64,000 nucleotides of DNA from Anaeromyxobacter sp. (GCA_025360965.1 JANYBC010000066.1:16594-80593); one strand, 5' to 3'. Counted from the first letter of the stretch, positions 9,671-20,096 are shown. Made by a program: numbers and translations. The notes: a model not told the origin generated them from the letters alone.

Positions 9671-10090
9671 ATGAGTGACGACTTCGCCGCTGCGGTGAAC
9701 CAGCTGCCGGGCTGGGTCAAGGAGATGGGGGTCACCATCCTGGCGGCAAGCGCCGACGAGGTGACCTGCGCCTGGGAGGTCGCCGAGAAGCACCACCAGG
9801 GCTACGGGATCGTTCACGGCGGCGTTCACTGCGGCGTCATCGAGACGCTGGCCTCCATCGGGGCGGCCCTGGTGGCGCTCCCGCGCGGCCAGCGGGTGGT
9901 CGGCCTGGAGAACACCACCTCCTTCATCCGGGCGGTCCGGTCCGGGCGGCTGACGGGCGTCGCCCGCCCGGTGACCCGCGGCCGCACCACCCAGGTCTGG
10001 GAGGCCTGGATCCGGGACGAGCAGGGGCAGCTGGTGGCGCAGGGGCGCGTCCGGCTGCTCTGCGTCGCCCAGGAACAGCAGCTCGGCTGA
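9671..10090 (+). CDS. PaaI-family hotdog-fold acyl-CoA thioesterase
   Basis: 139 aa with AGGAG upstream and the hotdog motif GIVHGGVHCGVIETLAS. The size is typical of PaaI/YdiI thioesterases. Confidence 0.8.
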   Translation: MSDDFAAAVNQLPGWVKEMGVTILAASADEVTCAWEVAEKHHQGYGIVHGGVHCGVIETLASIGAALVALPRGQRVVGLENTTSFIRAVRSGRLTGVARPVTRGRTTQVWEAWIRDEQGQLVAQGRVRLLCVAQEQQLG

Positions 10091-10175
10091 TGGTCTCCGG
10101 GCGTCACGGCCTCTCCAGTCGCTGTCGTTCGCTATAGCGCTCCACGCACCGCGCGCCGAAGGCCTGCCGCGCCGC

Positions 10176-10919
10176 CTACCGGTTGTGACGTCCGCAGAGC
10201 AGGCGAAGGTCGCGCTCCGCGCTGCCACTGGAGCGGGAGAGCCCCTCGCGAACGGCCTCCAGCTTCTTCACCACGTGCGTGCCGACGTTGAAGTGGACCC
10301 GGCGCAGGTCCGCCGTGAGCGGCACGATCTCGTCGCGCCTGGGCGCGGGTCTACCGCCTCCCCCATTGGCGAGTTCTGACGTCAGAACTCGCGAAAGAGG
10401 GACCTCGGTCGGGTGCGCTCCGGCGGTGAAGGCGGACTCGGGCGCGGGAGCAGCAGCGGTTGCGAACGTGAGCGGGGGCTGAGTGATGGTGGCCAGCGCC
10501 GGGACAGACCGGTCGAAGACTCTTGTCACCACCATCCTGGTGCTCGGGACCTCGCGAGGCTGGAGCTCGGCGATGGTGGAGAGGCAGAGGCGGCCCTCGC
10601 GGAGTGGCTCGATCACCTCGGGGAAGTCCTGGAGCAGCTCGGCGGCGCTTGTGCGGTAGAAGGCGGCGCTCTTGGAGAGCCGCAGCTCGACGTGCAGGAA
10701 GGCGAAGAGGTTGGCATGTCCGAGCGGCTCCCAGCCTCGGCGCCGGTCGAAGTCGGCCAGCGCGACCAGGAAGTCGGCCATGGCCGCCTGCTCGGTGCGG
10801 AGAAGGGCCTTGAGTGAATCGCGGAGCTGCCGTGCTTCCAGAAGTTCGAGAGAGGAGCCGGCCGGAGCATGAGCGGAAGCCGCGGCCGAGGAAGGGGTCG
10901 GGTGCGCGTGTGAGGTCAT
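10176..10919 (-). pseudogene. decayed HNH-endonuclease gene (DUF222-like N-terminus retained, catalytic HNH core missing)
   Basis: The N-terminal part (ADFLVALADFDRRRGWEPLGHANLFAFLHVELRLSKSAAFYR...REGRLCLSTIAEL) matches my memory of the DUF222/HNH family common in high-GC bacteria. The ORF ends ...SGSAERDLRLLCGRHNR, so only the last HNH element is left and the His/Asn metal-binding block expected just before it is absent. Local GC is only about 60 % by hand count. Confidence 0.5.
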
Positions 10920-11192
10920 GAGAGCGATCGTCTCACGACATTTTCGGACCTCGCCAGACTCACGCAATCGCACCAGGCGCTGCGATCGCGACCGACCCTT
11001 CGCGACCCCAGCCGCCACGGCGCGGCGGGCGGGAGCGGCGAGCAGGGGGCGTCACAGGGCCATTCACGCACAGGCTCAGTTCCCGAACGTGAAGTACGTC
11101 AGGAACGCGTCAAGCTCCGAGTGCGGCCATTTGGGTACAGTTCGACCGGAAACCGCATGGCAGCAACCAATCCGCGACGCCCCCGCCCCCGC

Positions 11193-12508
11193 TCACCTCC
11201 TCCGCAAATCCACGACCTTCCCCTTGGCGGCGAGGCCGTCCATGGTGCTGCGCTCCACCAGCTTGACCTCGAAGCTGACCCCCAGGTCGGAGGCCAGCCG
11301 GTGGCGGAGCAGGTCGCGGTACCCGGCCTGCCGGCGCATCTCGTCGAAGAAGACCGACTCGGAAACCTCGACCAGCACGGTCGCCACGTCGAGGGCCTCG
11401 CGCCGCTCGACGACCAGCTGGAAGCGGGGCACGGACCGGGCCACGTCGGCGAGCACCGCCTCCACCTGGGCCGGGAAGAGGTTCACGCCCTTGATGATGA
11501 GCATGTCGTCGGTGCGGGCCTCCATCCGCCTGATGCGCGCCGAGGTCCGCCCGCACGGGCAGGGCCGGGTCTCCAGGGTGGTGAGGTCGCGGGTGCGGAA
11601 GCGGATCAGCGGGAAGGCCTCCTTGGTGAGCGAGGTGAGGACCAGCTCCCCCTCGGCGCCGGGCGGCACCGGGGCCAGCGTCACCGGGTCCACGATCTCG
11701 GGGAGGAAGTGGTCCTCGTTGAGGTGGAGGCCGTCGCGCTCCAGGCACTCGGCGGCCACGCCGGGGCCGAGCAGCTCGCTCACCGAGTAGTTGTCGGTGA
11801 CGGTGACGTGGAGGGCCTCCTGGATCTGGCGGCGCGTCTCCTCGGCGAAGGGCTCGCCGCCGACCAGCACCCGCCGCAGCGAGAGGGCGTTCATGTTCAG
11901 GTTGGCGGCGCGCATCGCTCCGATGAGGTGGAGCGCGTAGCTCGGCGTCGAGACCAGGGCGGTGGTCTTGTAGTCGACCATGATCTTGATCTGGCGCTTG
12001 GTGTTGCCGCTGGAGATGGGGATCACCGAGGCGCCGAGCCGCTCGGCCGCGAAGTGGACGCCGAAGGCGCCGGTGAAGAGGCCGTAGTCGAAGGTGATCT
12101 GCAGGACGTCGTCCTTGCTCACCCCCTCGGCCACCAGCAGCCGGGCCATCAGGTTGGCCCAGGTCTTGATGTCGTTGCGGGTGTACCCCATGACGATCCC
12201 GGAGGTCCCCGAGCCGCCGGTGCCGTGGAGCCGGACCACCTCCCGGAGCGGCACCGCCAGGAGGCCGTAGGGGTAGGCCTCGGCCAGGTCGGCCTTGGTC
12301 GTGAAGGGGAGCTTTCGCAGGTCGTCGAGCGACCTGAGGTCGTCCGGGTCGAAGCCGATGGCCTCGAAGGCCTTCCGGTAGAAGGGGACGCTCCGCGCCA
12401 CCCGGCTCAGGGTGGCCTGGAGCCGCTCCAGCTGGAGCTGGCCCAGGTCCTCCCGGTGCATGCACTCCTCGTCGGGCTGCCAGAAGCCGGCTGGTGACAG
12501 GGTGGCGC

Positions 12509-12512
<4 letters not shown>
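11193..12512 (-). CDS. paaK: phenylacetate-CoA ligase family protein (PaaK / F390-synthetase-like adenylate-forming enzyme), copy 1
   Basis: 439 aa starting at MSATLSPAGFWQPDEE, with motifs HGTGGSGTSGIVMGYT, YGLFTGAFG, YSVSELLGPGVA and IIKGVNLFPAQVE. The start overlaps the livF stop by 4 nt. Confidence 0.85.
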
Positions 12513-13248
<736 letters not shown>

Positions 13249-13255
<7 letters not shown>

Positions 13256-14016
13256 TCGTCTTCACCCAGGTAGACCTTCACGACCTGTGGATCCTTCTGG
13301 ACGGTGGCGGGATCGGCCTCGGCGATCTTCTCGCCGTAGCTCAGCACCAGCACCTCGTCGCAGATCCCCATCACCAGCGACATGTCGTGCTCCACCAGCA
13401 GGACGGTGACGCCGCGGTCGCGGATCCGGGTGATCAGGCCGGCCAGGTCCCGGGTCTCGCGCATGTTGAGGCCGGCGGCCGGTTCGTCGAGCAGCAGCAG
13501 CTCAGGCTCCGAGGCCAGGGCCCGGGCCAGCTCCACGGCGCGCTGCTGCCCGTAGGCGAGGCTGGTGGCCTCGGCGTCGGCCAGGGCCTCGATGCCGAGG
13601 AAGGCCATGGTCTCCAGGGCGCGCTCTCGCACCCCGGCCGCTTCGCGCCGGGCCCAGCCCAGGTCGAGCATCCCGGCCAGGAAGCCGGCCCTGCTGCGCA
13701 GGTGGCGCCCCACCATGACGTTCTCGAGCGCAGTGAGGTGCTCGAAGAGCCGGATGTTCTGGAAGGTCCGGGAGATCCCGTGGCGGGCCACCTGGTGGGG
13801 GGGGAGCCCGTGGATGGGGCGGCCGCCGAAGGAGACGGTGCCGCGGTCGGGCGAGGAGAAGCCGGAGACCATGTTGAAGAGCGTGGTCTTGCCGGCCCCG
13901 TTGGGCCCGATGACCGCCTTGATCATCCCCCGGCGCAGCTCGAAGCTGACGCCGCTCACGGCCTGGACGCCGCCGAAGCGCTTGGAGACGCCGCTGACCT
14001 GGAGGAAGGGAGTCAC
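13249..14016 (-). CDS. livG: branched-chain amino-acid-type ABC transporter ATP-binding protein
   Basis: 255 aa from GTG at 14016 (VTPFLQVSGVSKRFGG), overlapping the livM stop (GTGA). It has Walker A GPNGAGKTT, LAYGQQR and LLLLDEPAAG. Confidence 0.9.
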
Positions 14017-15095
14017 CCGGCCTGGCCTCCGGCGCGGCGCAGCCTGGCGCGGAGCGCGGCCAAGGCACGGCGCGGCTCCAGGGCCAGCAGCCCCTGCGGC
14101 GCGAAGAGCATGATGCCGACCAGGATGGCGCCGAAGACCACGTCGTCGTAGACGCCGAAGTAGCCGCGCAGGGAGAGGAAGGTGAGCGCCACGCTCATCC
14201 CCAGGCTCCCCCACAGGCTGCCGATGCCGCCCACGGCGACGATGGCCATGTACTTCACCGATCGCATGACCGAGGCCTCTGCCGGACCGATGCCGCCGTT
14301 GAAGTGGGTGAGGAAGACCCCGGCCACCGCGGCCAGCGCGGCGCTCAGCACGAAGGTCCCGAGCTTGAGGCGGGCGGTGTCGACGCCCATGGCGCCGGCC
14401 GCGTCCTCGGCGCCGTGGATGGCCCGGAGGGCCCGGCCCACCCGGGCCTGCACCAGGTTGAGCGCCAGCAGCATGGCGGCGCCGAGCAGCCCCACCGCCA
14501 CGTAGTAGTTGACGATCCGGCCGTCGGGCCGGCCGCTGACGCTGGCGCCGAAGGGGAGCGGGAAGGGCGGGACCGCGGCGATGCCGTCGGCGGCGCCCAG
14601 CCACTGGGTCCCGAGGGCGACGCTGTAGACGATGGTGCCGACGCCGAGCGTGGCCATCGCCAGGTAGTGCCCCTTGAGCTTGAGGACCGGGATCCCGACC
14701 AGCACCGCCAGCACCAGCGCGAGCGCGATGGCCAGGGCGCAGGCCACCACCGGCCGGACCACCAGCAGGTCGCCGCCGTACAGGTCGGGCCGGACCAGCA
14801 GGAGCCCAAGCCGCTCCGCGCCCGCCACCAGCGGCGACCCCCGGTGCGGGGCGAGGTCGAGGGTGGTGAGCACCGCCGAGGTGTAGCCGCCCACCGCGAA
14901 GAAGCCGGCGTGGCCGAGCGAGATCTGCCCGGCGTACCCCATCAGCAGGGACATCCCCACCACCACCAGCGTGTAGTAGGCCGACATGGTGAGCTGGGTG
15001 AGCAGGAAGCCCTTGCCGGCTGCGGCCGCGGCCAGCTGGAGCCCGGCGGCGCAGGCCAGGAAGATCGCGACCTGCCCGTAGCGGTTGATCGTCAT
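14013..15095 (-). CDS. livM: branched-chain amino-acid-type ABC transporter permease
   Basis: 360-aa polytopic membrane protein of the LivM type (GQISLGHAGFFAVGGY). Confidence 0.9.
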   Translation of the reverse strand: MTINRYGQVAIFLACAAGLQLAAAAAGKGFLLTQLTMSAYYTLVVVGMSLLMGYAGQISLGHAGFFAVGGYTSAVLTTLDLAPHRGSPLVAGAERLGLLLVRPDLYGGDLLVVRPVVACALAIALALVLAVLVGIPVLKLKGHYLAMATLGVGTIVYSVALGTQWLGAADGIAAVPPFPLPFGASVSGRPDGRIVNYYVAVGLLGAAMLLALNLVQARVGRALRAIHGAEDAAGAMGVDTARLKLGTFVLSAALAAVAGVFLTHFNGGIGPAEASVMRSVKYMAIVAVGGIGSLWGSLGMSVALTFLSLRGYFGVYDDVVFGAILVGIMLFAPQGLLALEPRRALAALRARLRRAGGQAG

Positions 15096-15101
15096 GGCGC
15101 C

Positions 15102-15980
15102 CTACGGCCGGTAGGCGACCCGGGCCGCGAACAGGCCGGTGGGGCGGAGGAAGAGGATGGCGAGCAGCAGGGCGATCGAGACGGCGTCCTTGTAGGCCGA
15201 GGGCAGCACCGAGACGGCGAAGGCCTCGAACACCCCCAGCACCAGGCCGGCGGTCACCGCGGCCAGGCTGCTGCCGAGCCCACCGAGGATGGCGACCGTG
15301 AAGCCCTTGATCGCCAGCCCGGTGCCGATGTTGTACTGCGTGTAGGTGATGGGCGAGACCACGCACCCGGCCAGGGCACCCATCCCGGCGCTGAGCACGA
15401 AGGAGGCGGTGATCAGGTTGCGGGTCGGCAGGCCGCAGAGCGAGGCCGCCACCCGGTTCGAGGCGCAGGCCCGCATCTGCTTCCCGGCGCTGCTCCAGCG
15501 GAAGAAGGCGGTGGTGAGCGCCACCAGGGCGGAGCAGGCTGCCAGCGTCCAGACCACCTGCGGGGAGACCCGCGCCCCGCCGATGGAGAGCGAGGTGATC
15601 TCGGTGCCGGTGAAGTAGGGGAGCGCCCGGACGTTCTGGCCCCAGATCAGGAGGGCAGCCTCGCGGATGAGGATCGAGACCCCCACCGTGATGATGATCA
15701 TCCGCAGCACCGAGGGGCTGGTGAGCCAGCGGATGAAGAGCAACTCGACCAGGGCTCCGACCACCATGGTGGCGAGGACCGCCAGGACGATGGCCAGCGG
15801 CAAGGGCAGGTAGGCGACCAGGGTGACGGCTATCATCCCACCGAGCATCACGAACTCGCCCTGGGCGAAGTTGATGACCCCGGTGGCGTTGTAGATGATG
15901 TTGAAGCCCATCCCCACCACGGCGTAGATCATGCCGTAGGTGAGGCCGGCCATCAGGTACTGGAAGAAGAGCGCGGACAC
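15102..15980 (-). CDS. livH: branched-chain amino-acid-type ABC transporter permease
   Basis: 292 aa of the LivH type (GVINFAQGEFVMLG). The gap to livM is 6 nt. Confidence 0.9.
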   Translation of the reverse strand: MSALFFQYLMAGLTYGMIYAVVGMGFNIIYNATGVINFAQGEFVMLGGMIAVTLVAYLPLPLAIVLAVLATMVVGALVELLFIRWLTSPSVLRMIIITVGVSILIREAALLIWGQNVRALPYFTGTEITSLSIGGARVSPQVVWTLAACSALVALTTAFFRWSSAGKQMRACASNRVAASLCGLPTRNLITASFVLSAGMGALAGCVVSPITYTQYNIGTGLAIKGFTVAILGGLGSSLAAVTAGLVLGVFEAFAVSVLPSAYKDAVSIALLLAILFLRPTGLFAARVAYRP

Positions 15981-16004
15981 CGGGGAGGTCGTCGGTGGCG
16001 GTCG

Positions 16005-16430
16005 CTAGAGGGGGTCGAAGCGATCCAGCACCGTGACGCCGGCGCCGCGCAGGGCATCCAGGGCGCGGCCGATCTCGTCGAAGCGGAAGATGATGATGGC
16101 GCTCTCCCCCTTACGCCGCGCCGCCGAGTACATGTACTCGACGTTGATGCCGTTGCGCCGCAGCGCGTGGAGGGTCTCTCCCAGCCCGCCGGGACGGTCC
16201 GGGACCTCGACCGCCACCACCCGCGTCTTGTCGGCAGTGAAGCCGGCCTCCTTGAGGACCCGGCGGGTCGTCTCGGGATCGTCGACGATGAGCCGGAGGA
16301 TGCCGAAGTCCGCCATGTCGGCCAGCGAGAGCGCCTTCATGTCGATGCCGTGCTTGGCCAGCACGTCGATGACCTCGACGAGCCCACCGGACCGGTTCTC
16401 CAGGAATACCGAGACCTGCGCGACTTCCAT
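16005..16430 (-). CDS. ACT-domain protein (tandem ACT, small-molecule binding)
   Basis: 141 aa starting at MEVAQVSVFLENRSGGLVEV. It has two ACT-like repeats (VFLENRSGGL... and VEVPDRPGGLGE...). This is the usual partner of paaK in ior-paaK-liv clusters. Confidence 0.8.
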   Translation of the reverse strand: MEVAQVSVFLENRSGGLVEVIDVLAKHGIDMKALSLADMADFGILRLIVDDPETTRRVLKEAGFTADKTRVVAVEVPDRPGGLGETLHALRRNGINVEYMYSAARRKGESAIIIFRFDEIGRALDALRGAGVTVLDRFDPL

Positions 16431-16480
16431 GTGCCCTCCTCCCGGCGCCGGAGCGCGGCGGCGTGGCCGCGCCAGGCCCG

Positions 16481-17803
16481 CTAGATGGTCCGCTTGTCGA
16501 GGACCCGCTTCGCCTTCCCCTCGCTCCTCGCCAGGGTGCGTGGCTCCACCAGGGTGACCTTGGCACGGATGCCCAGCACCTGCTCGAGGGCGTGGCCGAG
16601 GTTGCGGTGGAGCGTCTCCATGGCCCGCATCTTGTCCGAGAAGATCTCGGGCGTCACCTCGACCTGGACCTCGATGTCGTCGAGCCCCTTCTCGCGGGTG
16701 AGCACGATGGCGTAGTGGGGCAGGGTCCCCTCCACCTTGAGGAGCGCCGTCTCCACCTGGGAGGGGAAGACGTTGACGCCGCGGATGATGAACATGTCGT
16801 CGGAGCGCCGCTCGATGCGCTTGATGCGCCGCAGCGTCCGGCCGCAGGCGCAGGGCTCGGCGACCAGCGTGGTCACGTCCCGGGTCCGGTAGCGGATCAT
16901 GGGCATGGCCTGCTTGGAGAGCGTGGTCAGCACCAGCTCGCCCTCGGCGCCTTCGGGCAGTACCTGGCCGGTGGCCGGGTCGATGATCTCGGGGAAGAAG
17001 TGGTCCTCGTAGAGGTGCAGCCCGGCCTGCTGGACGCACTCGGCCCCCACGCCCGGGCCGATGACCTCGGAGAGGCCGTAGATGTCGTAGCCGCGGATGG
17101 CGGTGTCCTTCTGGATGCGCTGGCGCATGGCCTCGCTCCAGGGCTCGGCGCCGAAGACCCCGACGCGCATCCGGGAGAAGTCGATCTTCTCCTCCTGGGC
17201 ACGCTCCACCAGGTGGAGGAAGTAGGAGGGCGTGCAGCAGATGACGGTGGATCCGAAGTCCTGCATCAGCATGATCTGCCGGTCGGTGTTGCCGCCGCTG
17301 ATGGGGATGACCGTGGCGCCCAGCGCCTCGCCGCCGTAGTGGGCCCCCAGCCCGCCGGTGAAGAGCCCGTACCCATAGGCGTTCTGGATGATGTCGCCGC
17401 GGTGGACGCCGAAGCTGGCGAAGGCCCGGACCATCACCTCCTTCCAGACCTCGATGTCGGCCTGGGTGTAGGCCACCACGATGGGGCGGCCGGTGGTGCC
17501 CGAGGAGGCGTGGAGGCGGACGATCTCCTCCATGGGGCAGGCGAAGAGGCCGAAGGGGTAGGTGTCGCGGAGGTCGGCCTTGACGGTGAAGGGCAGCCGG
17601 GCCAGGTCGGCGAGGGATCCGATGTCATCCGGGGCGAGGCCGCGCTCGGTCATCCGCTTGCGGAAGTGCTCCACCCGCGTGTAGGCCAGCGTCACCGTGG
17701 AGCGGAGGCGCTGGAGCTGGAGCTCCGCCAGCTTCGGCCGGGGCAGGTAGTCGCTGGCGCTCCAGGGATGAAAGCCGCTGGCCGGGTCGTTCCAGTTGCT
17801 CAC
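16481..17803 (-). CDS. paaK: phenylacetate-CoA ligase family protein, copy 2
   Basis: 440 aa with motifs [37 protein letters not shown] and [13 protein letters not shown]. Confidence 0.9.
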   Translation of the reverse strand: MSNWNDPASGFHPWSASDYLPRPKLAELQLQRLRSTVTLAYTRVEHFRKRMTERGLAPDDIGSLADLARLPFTVKADLRDTYPFGLFACPMEEIVRLHASSGTTGRPIVVAYTQADIEVWKEVMVRAFASFGVHRGDIIQNAYGYGLFTGGLGAHYGGEALGATVIPISGGNTDRQIMLMQDFGSTVICCTPSYFLHLVERAQEEKIDFSRMRVGVFGAEPWSEAMRQRIQKDTAIRGYDIYGLSEVIGPGVGAECVQQAGLHLYEDHFFPEIIDPATGQVLPEGAEGELVLTTLSKQAMPMIRYRTRDVTTLVAEPCACGRTLRRIKRIERRSDDMFIIRGVNVFPSQVETALLKVEGTLPHYAIVLTREKGLDDIEVQVEVTPEIFSDKMRAMETLHRNLGHALEQVLGIRAKVTLVEPRTLARSEGKAKRVLDKRTI

Positions 17804-17846
17804 CGTCGTCCTCCCGGGGCGCGCTGGCCCCTCCTCGAGTCCAGGG

Positions 17847-18353
17847 TCATGCGCCGGCCGTGCGGGCCCGGACCTGCGCGGCGAGGGCGCGCCCGTGCCG
17901 GAAGGCCTGCTCGTTGGCGGCGTGCAGGCGCTCCGCCAGCGCCGCCCGGACCGCCTCCAGGAAGATCTCCTCGGGGATCTCGAGGTGGGCGGAGAGCGCT
18001 CCGAGGAGGGCCACGTTGAGGCTGCGCTTGTTGGTCAGGCCGGCCTCGGGGACGAAGTCGGGCGCCAGCAGCAGCCCCCCGGGGCGCAGGAGCGGCAGCG
18101 TCACCGCCACCTCGGAGGGGGCCAGCACCACCAGGTAGTCGGCCTCCCCCCGCGGGATCATGGGGGAGAGCACCCGGGGGCCAAAGCGGACGTCGGACGT
18201 CACCGATCCGCCGCGCTGGCTCATGCCGTGGACCTCGGCCTTCTTGACGTCGTAGCCGGCCCGGACGGCGGCGTCAGCGAGGATGTCGGAGGCCTTGATG
18301 ACACCCTGGCCGCCGAGCCCGGCCAGGATGACGTTGGTGACCCGGGCGCTCAC
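17847..18353 (-). CDS. iorB: indolepyruvate/arylpyruvate:ferredoxin oxidoreductase subunit beta
   Basis: 168 aa from GTG at 18353, overlapping the iorA stop (GTGA). It carries the gamma-domain motif [18 protein letters not shown] of 2-oxoacid:ferredoxin oxidoreductases. Confidence 0.8.
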   Translation of the reverse strand: MSARVTNVILAGLGGQGVIKASDILADAAVRAGYDVKKAEVHGMSQRGGSVTSDVRFGPRVLSPMIPRGEADYLVVLAPSEVAVTLPLLRPGGLLLAPDFVPEAGLTNKRSLNVALLGALSAHLEIPEEIFLEAVRAALAERLHAANEQAFRHGRALAAQVRARTAGA

Positions 18354-19981
18354 GCGTCCTCCGTGGCGCAGCCGGCGCAGGATGCCGAGACGCGGCTGCT
18401 CTCGGCCGCCTTCTCCCAGGCGCGGATGTCGGCCGCCGCCAGCACGCAGGGGCGCCTGGCCACGATGATCGAGAGCTTCGGCGTGGCTAGCCGCTCGACC
18501 AGCAGCCGCTCGAAGCCGGCCGGGTCGGCGAAGGGATCGATGATGGCAGTCTCGATCCCCATGGCCCGGGTGGTGCCCTCGATGGAGATCTTGCCGGTGG
18601 CCTCGTGCTCCAAGGTGCGGCCGGTGCCCGGGTGCTCCTGCTGGCCGGTCATGGCGGTGATGCCGTTGTCGAGCACGATCACCACGTGGCCGGACGCCGG
18701 CGGGTTGTAGGCCATCTCCATGACGCCGGAGACGCCGGAGTGGATGAAGGTCGAGTCGCCGATGATGGAGACCACCCGCCTGGCCTGCTCGGCCGGGAGC
18801 ACGTGGCGAAGCCCCAGGCCGACGCCGATCGAGGCGCCCATGGCCACGCAGGTGTCCATGGCCCGGTAGGGCTCCATCACCCCCAGCGTGTAGCAGCCGA
18901 TGTCGCCGGCCACGATGCAGTCGAGCTTCCGCAGCGTGGCGTAGACCGGGTGGTAGGGGCAGGCGGCGCAGAGCTCGGGCGGCTTCCCCTTGGGGAGCGG
19001 CGGCTCGACCGAGGTGTCGCGGGCGAGGATGCGGCGGATCCGGCCGACGTCCAGCTCGCCGAAGCGGAACATCTCCGGCTTCGACTCGACGGTGAGGCCG
19101 GCGGCGCGGAGCGCGTCGGCGATGACCGGGTCTCCCTCCTCGACGACGATGCAGCGCTCGACGCTGGCGGCGAAGGCGCGGAGCCGCTCGACGGGGAGCG
19201 GGTGGACCAGGCCGATCTTGAAGAAGGAGGCGCCCGGGGAGGCCTCCGCGGCGTGGAGCGAGCAGACGCCGTCGGTGATGATCCCGAGGTCCCGCCGTCC
19301 TTCGGTGAGGGTGTTGAGGTCGCTGGTCTCGCCGAAGGCGGCGATCTCGGCCAGCTTGGCCCGCAGCTTGCGGTGCGCCGGACGGGCGTAGGCCGGGATC
19401 ATGACCCGGCCCGGGATGTCGCGCTCGAAGTGGGGTGGCTTGGGGACCTCGGGCGCGGACCGCCCGCTCACCAGCGACTTCGAGTGGCAGACCCGCGTCG
19501 TCATGCGGAAGAGGACCGGCAGCCCCCAGCGCTCGGAGAGCTCGACCGCCTTGAAGAAGTAGTCGTAGGCCTCCTGCGGATCGGCGGGGGAGAGCATGGG
19601 CAGGCCGGCGGCGATGGCGTAGCGCCGGTTGTCCTGCTCGTTCTGCGACGAGGCCATGCCGGGATCGTCGGCCGACACCACCACCAGGGCGCCGGTGACG
19701 CCGGTGTAGGCGGCCGTGAAGAGCGGGTCGGCGGCGACGTTGAGGCCGACGTGCTTCATGGTCACCAGGGCCCGGCCGCCGCCGTAGGCGGCCCCCAGCC
19801 CGACCTCCAGCGCCACCTTCTCGTTGGGGGCCCACTGGGCGCGGCCGCCGAGGGCCCCGAAGGCCTCCAGGATCTCGGTCGATGGCGTGCCGGGGTACCC
19901 GGTGCCGAGGAGGATCCCGGCATCGCGTGCGGCGAGGGCGACGGCCTCGTCGCCGGACAGCAGTCGCTTGGTCATGGTCAC
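18350..19981 (-). CDS. iorA: indolepyruvate/arylpyruvate:ferredoxin oxidoreductase subunit alpha
   Basis: 543 aa with LSGDEAVALAARDAG...GYPGTPSTEI and the TPP motif GDSTFIHSG...LDNGITAMTGQQ. The start is GTG at 19981 or ATG at 19975. The C-terminus ends right after SCAGC, with no full 4Fe-4S motif. Confidence 0.85.
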   Translation of the reverse strand: MTMTKRLLSGDEAVALAARDAGILLGTGYPGTPSTEILEAFGALGGRAQWAPNEKVALEVGLGAAYGGGRALVTMKHVGLNVAADPLFTAAYTGVTGALVVVSADDPGMASSQNEQDNRRYAIAAGLPMLSPADPQEAYDYFFKAVELSERWGLPVLFRMTTRVCHSKSLVSGRSAPEVPKPPHFERDIPGRVMIPAYARPAHRKLRAKLAEIAAFGETSDLNTLTEGRRDLGIITDGVCSLHAAEASPGASFFKIGLVHPLPVERLRAFAASVERCIVVEEGDPVIADALRAAGLTVESKPEMFRFGELDVGRIRRILARDTSVEPPLPKGKPPELCAACPYHPVYATLRKLDCIVAGDIGCYTLGVMEPYRAMDTCVAMGASIGVGLGLRHVLPAEQARRVVSIIGDSTFIHSGVSGVMEMAYNPPASGHVVIVLDNGITAMTGQQEHPGTGRTLEHEATGKISIEGTTRAMGIETAIIDPFADPAGFERLLVERLATPKLSIIVARRPCVLAAADIRAWEKAAESSRVSASCAGCATEDA

Positions 19982-20008
19982 GTCGGCTCCCGCTTCGGAA
20001 TAGTAAGC

Positions 20009-20027
20009 ATTCTGGTACGCTTTTACT
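20009..20027 (+). promoter_or_regulatory. second copy of the ATTCTGGTACGNNTTTAC box, in the iorA / 20097-gene divergent spacer
   Basis: ATTCTGGTACG is at 20009-20019 and TTTAC at 20022-20026, identical at 16/18 positions to 142-159. On the + strand it sits about 70 nt upstream of the 20097 ATG (RBS GAGGAGGAG at 20081-20089). It also lies within about 30-45 nt of the iorA start on the other strand. Confidence 0.4.
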
Positions 20028-20096
20028 TGAATTGTCCAGCGACGCGTTGGTCCAGAGTCGATTGTCGACTAGTCTGCCACGAGGAGGAGCCACCAC

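Noticed and set aside
11120-11175. A GTTCGA T-loop-like string in the non-coding 273 bp, as a possible tRNA fragment or attachment site.
   Set aside because: The flanking bases do not form a T-stem or acceptor stem. No anticodon arm could be folded by eye.
10918-11790. A 290-aa + strand ORF that would fill the gap between the HNH remnant and paaK.
   Set aside because: It is Ser/Arg/Thr-rich with low complexity, and most of it is antisense to the well-supported paaK gene. No RBS or motif is present.
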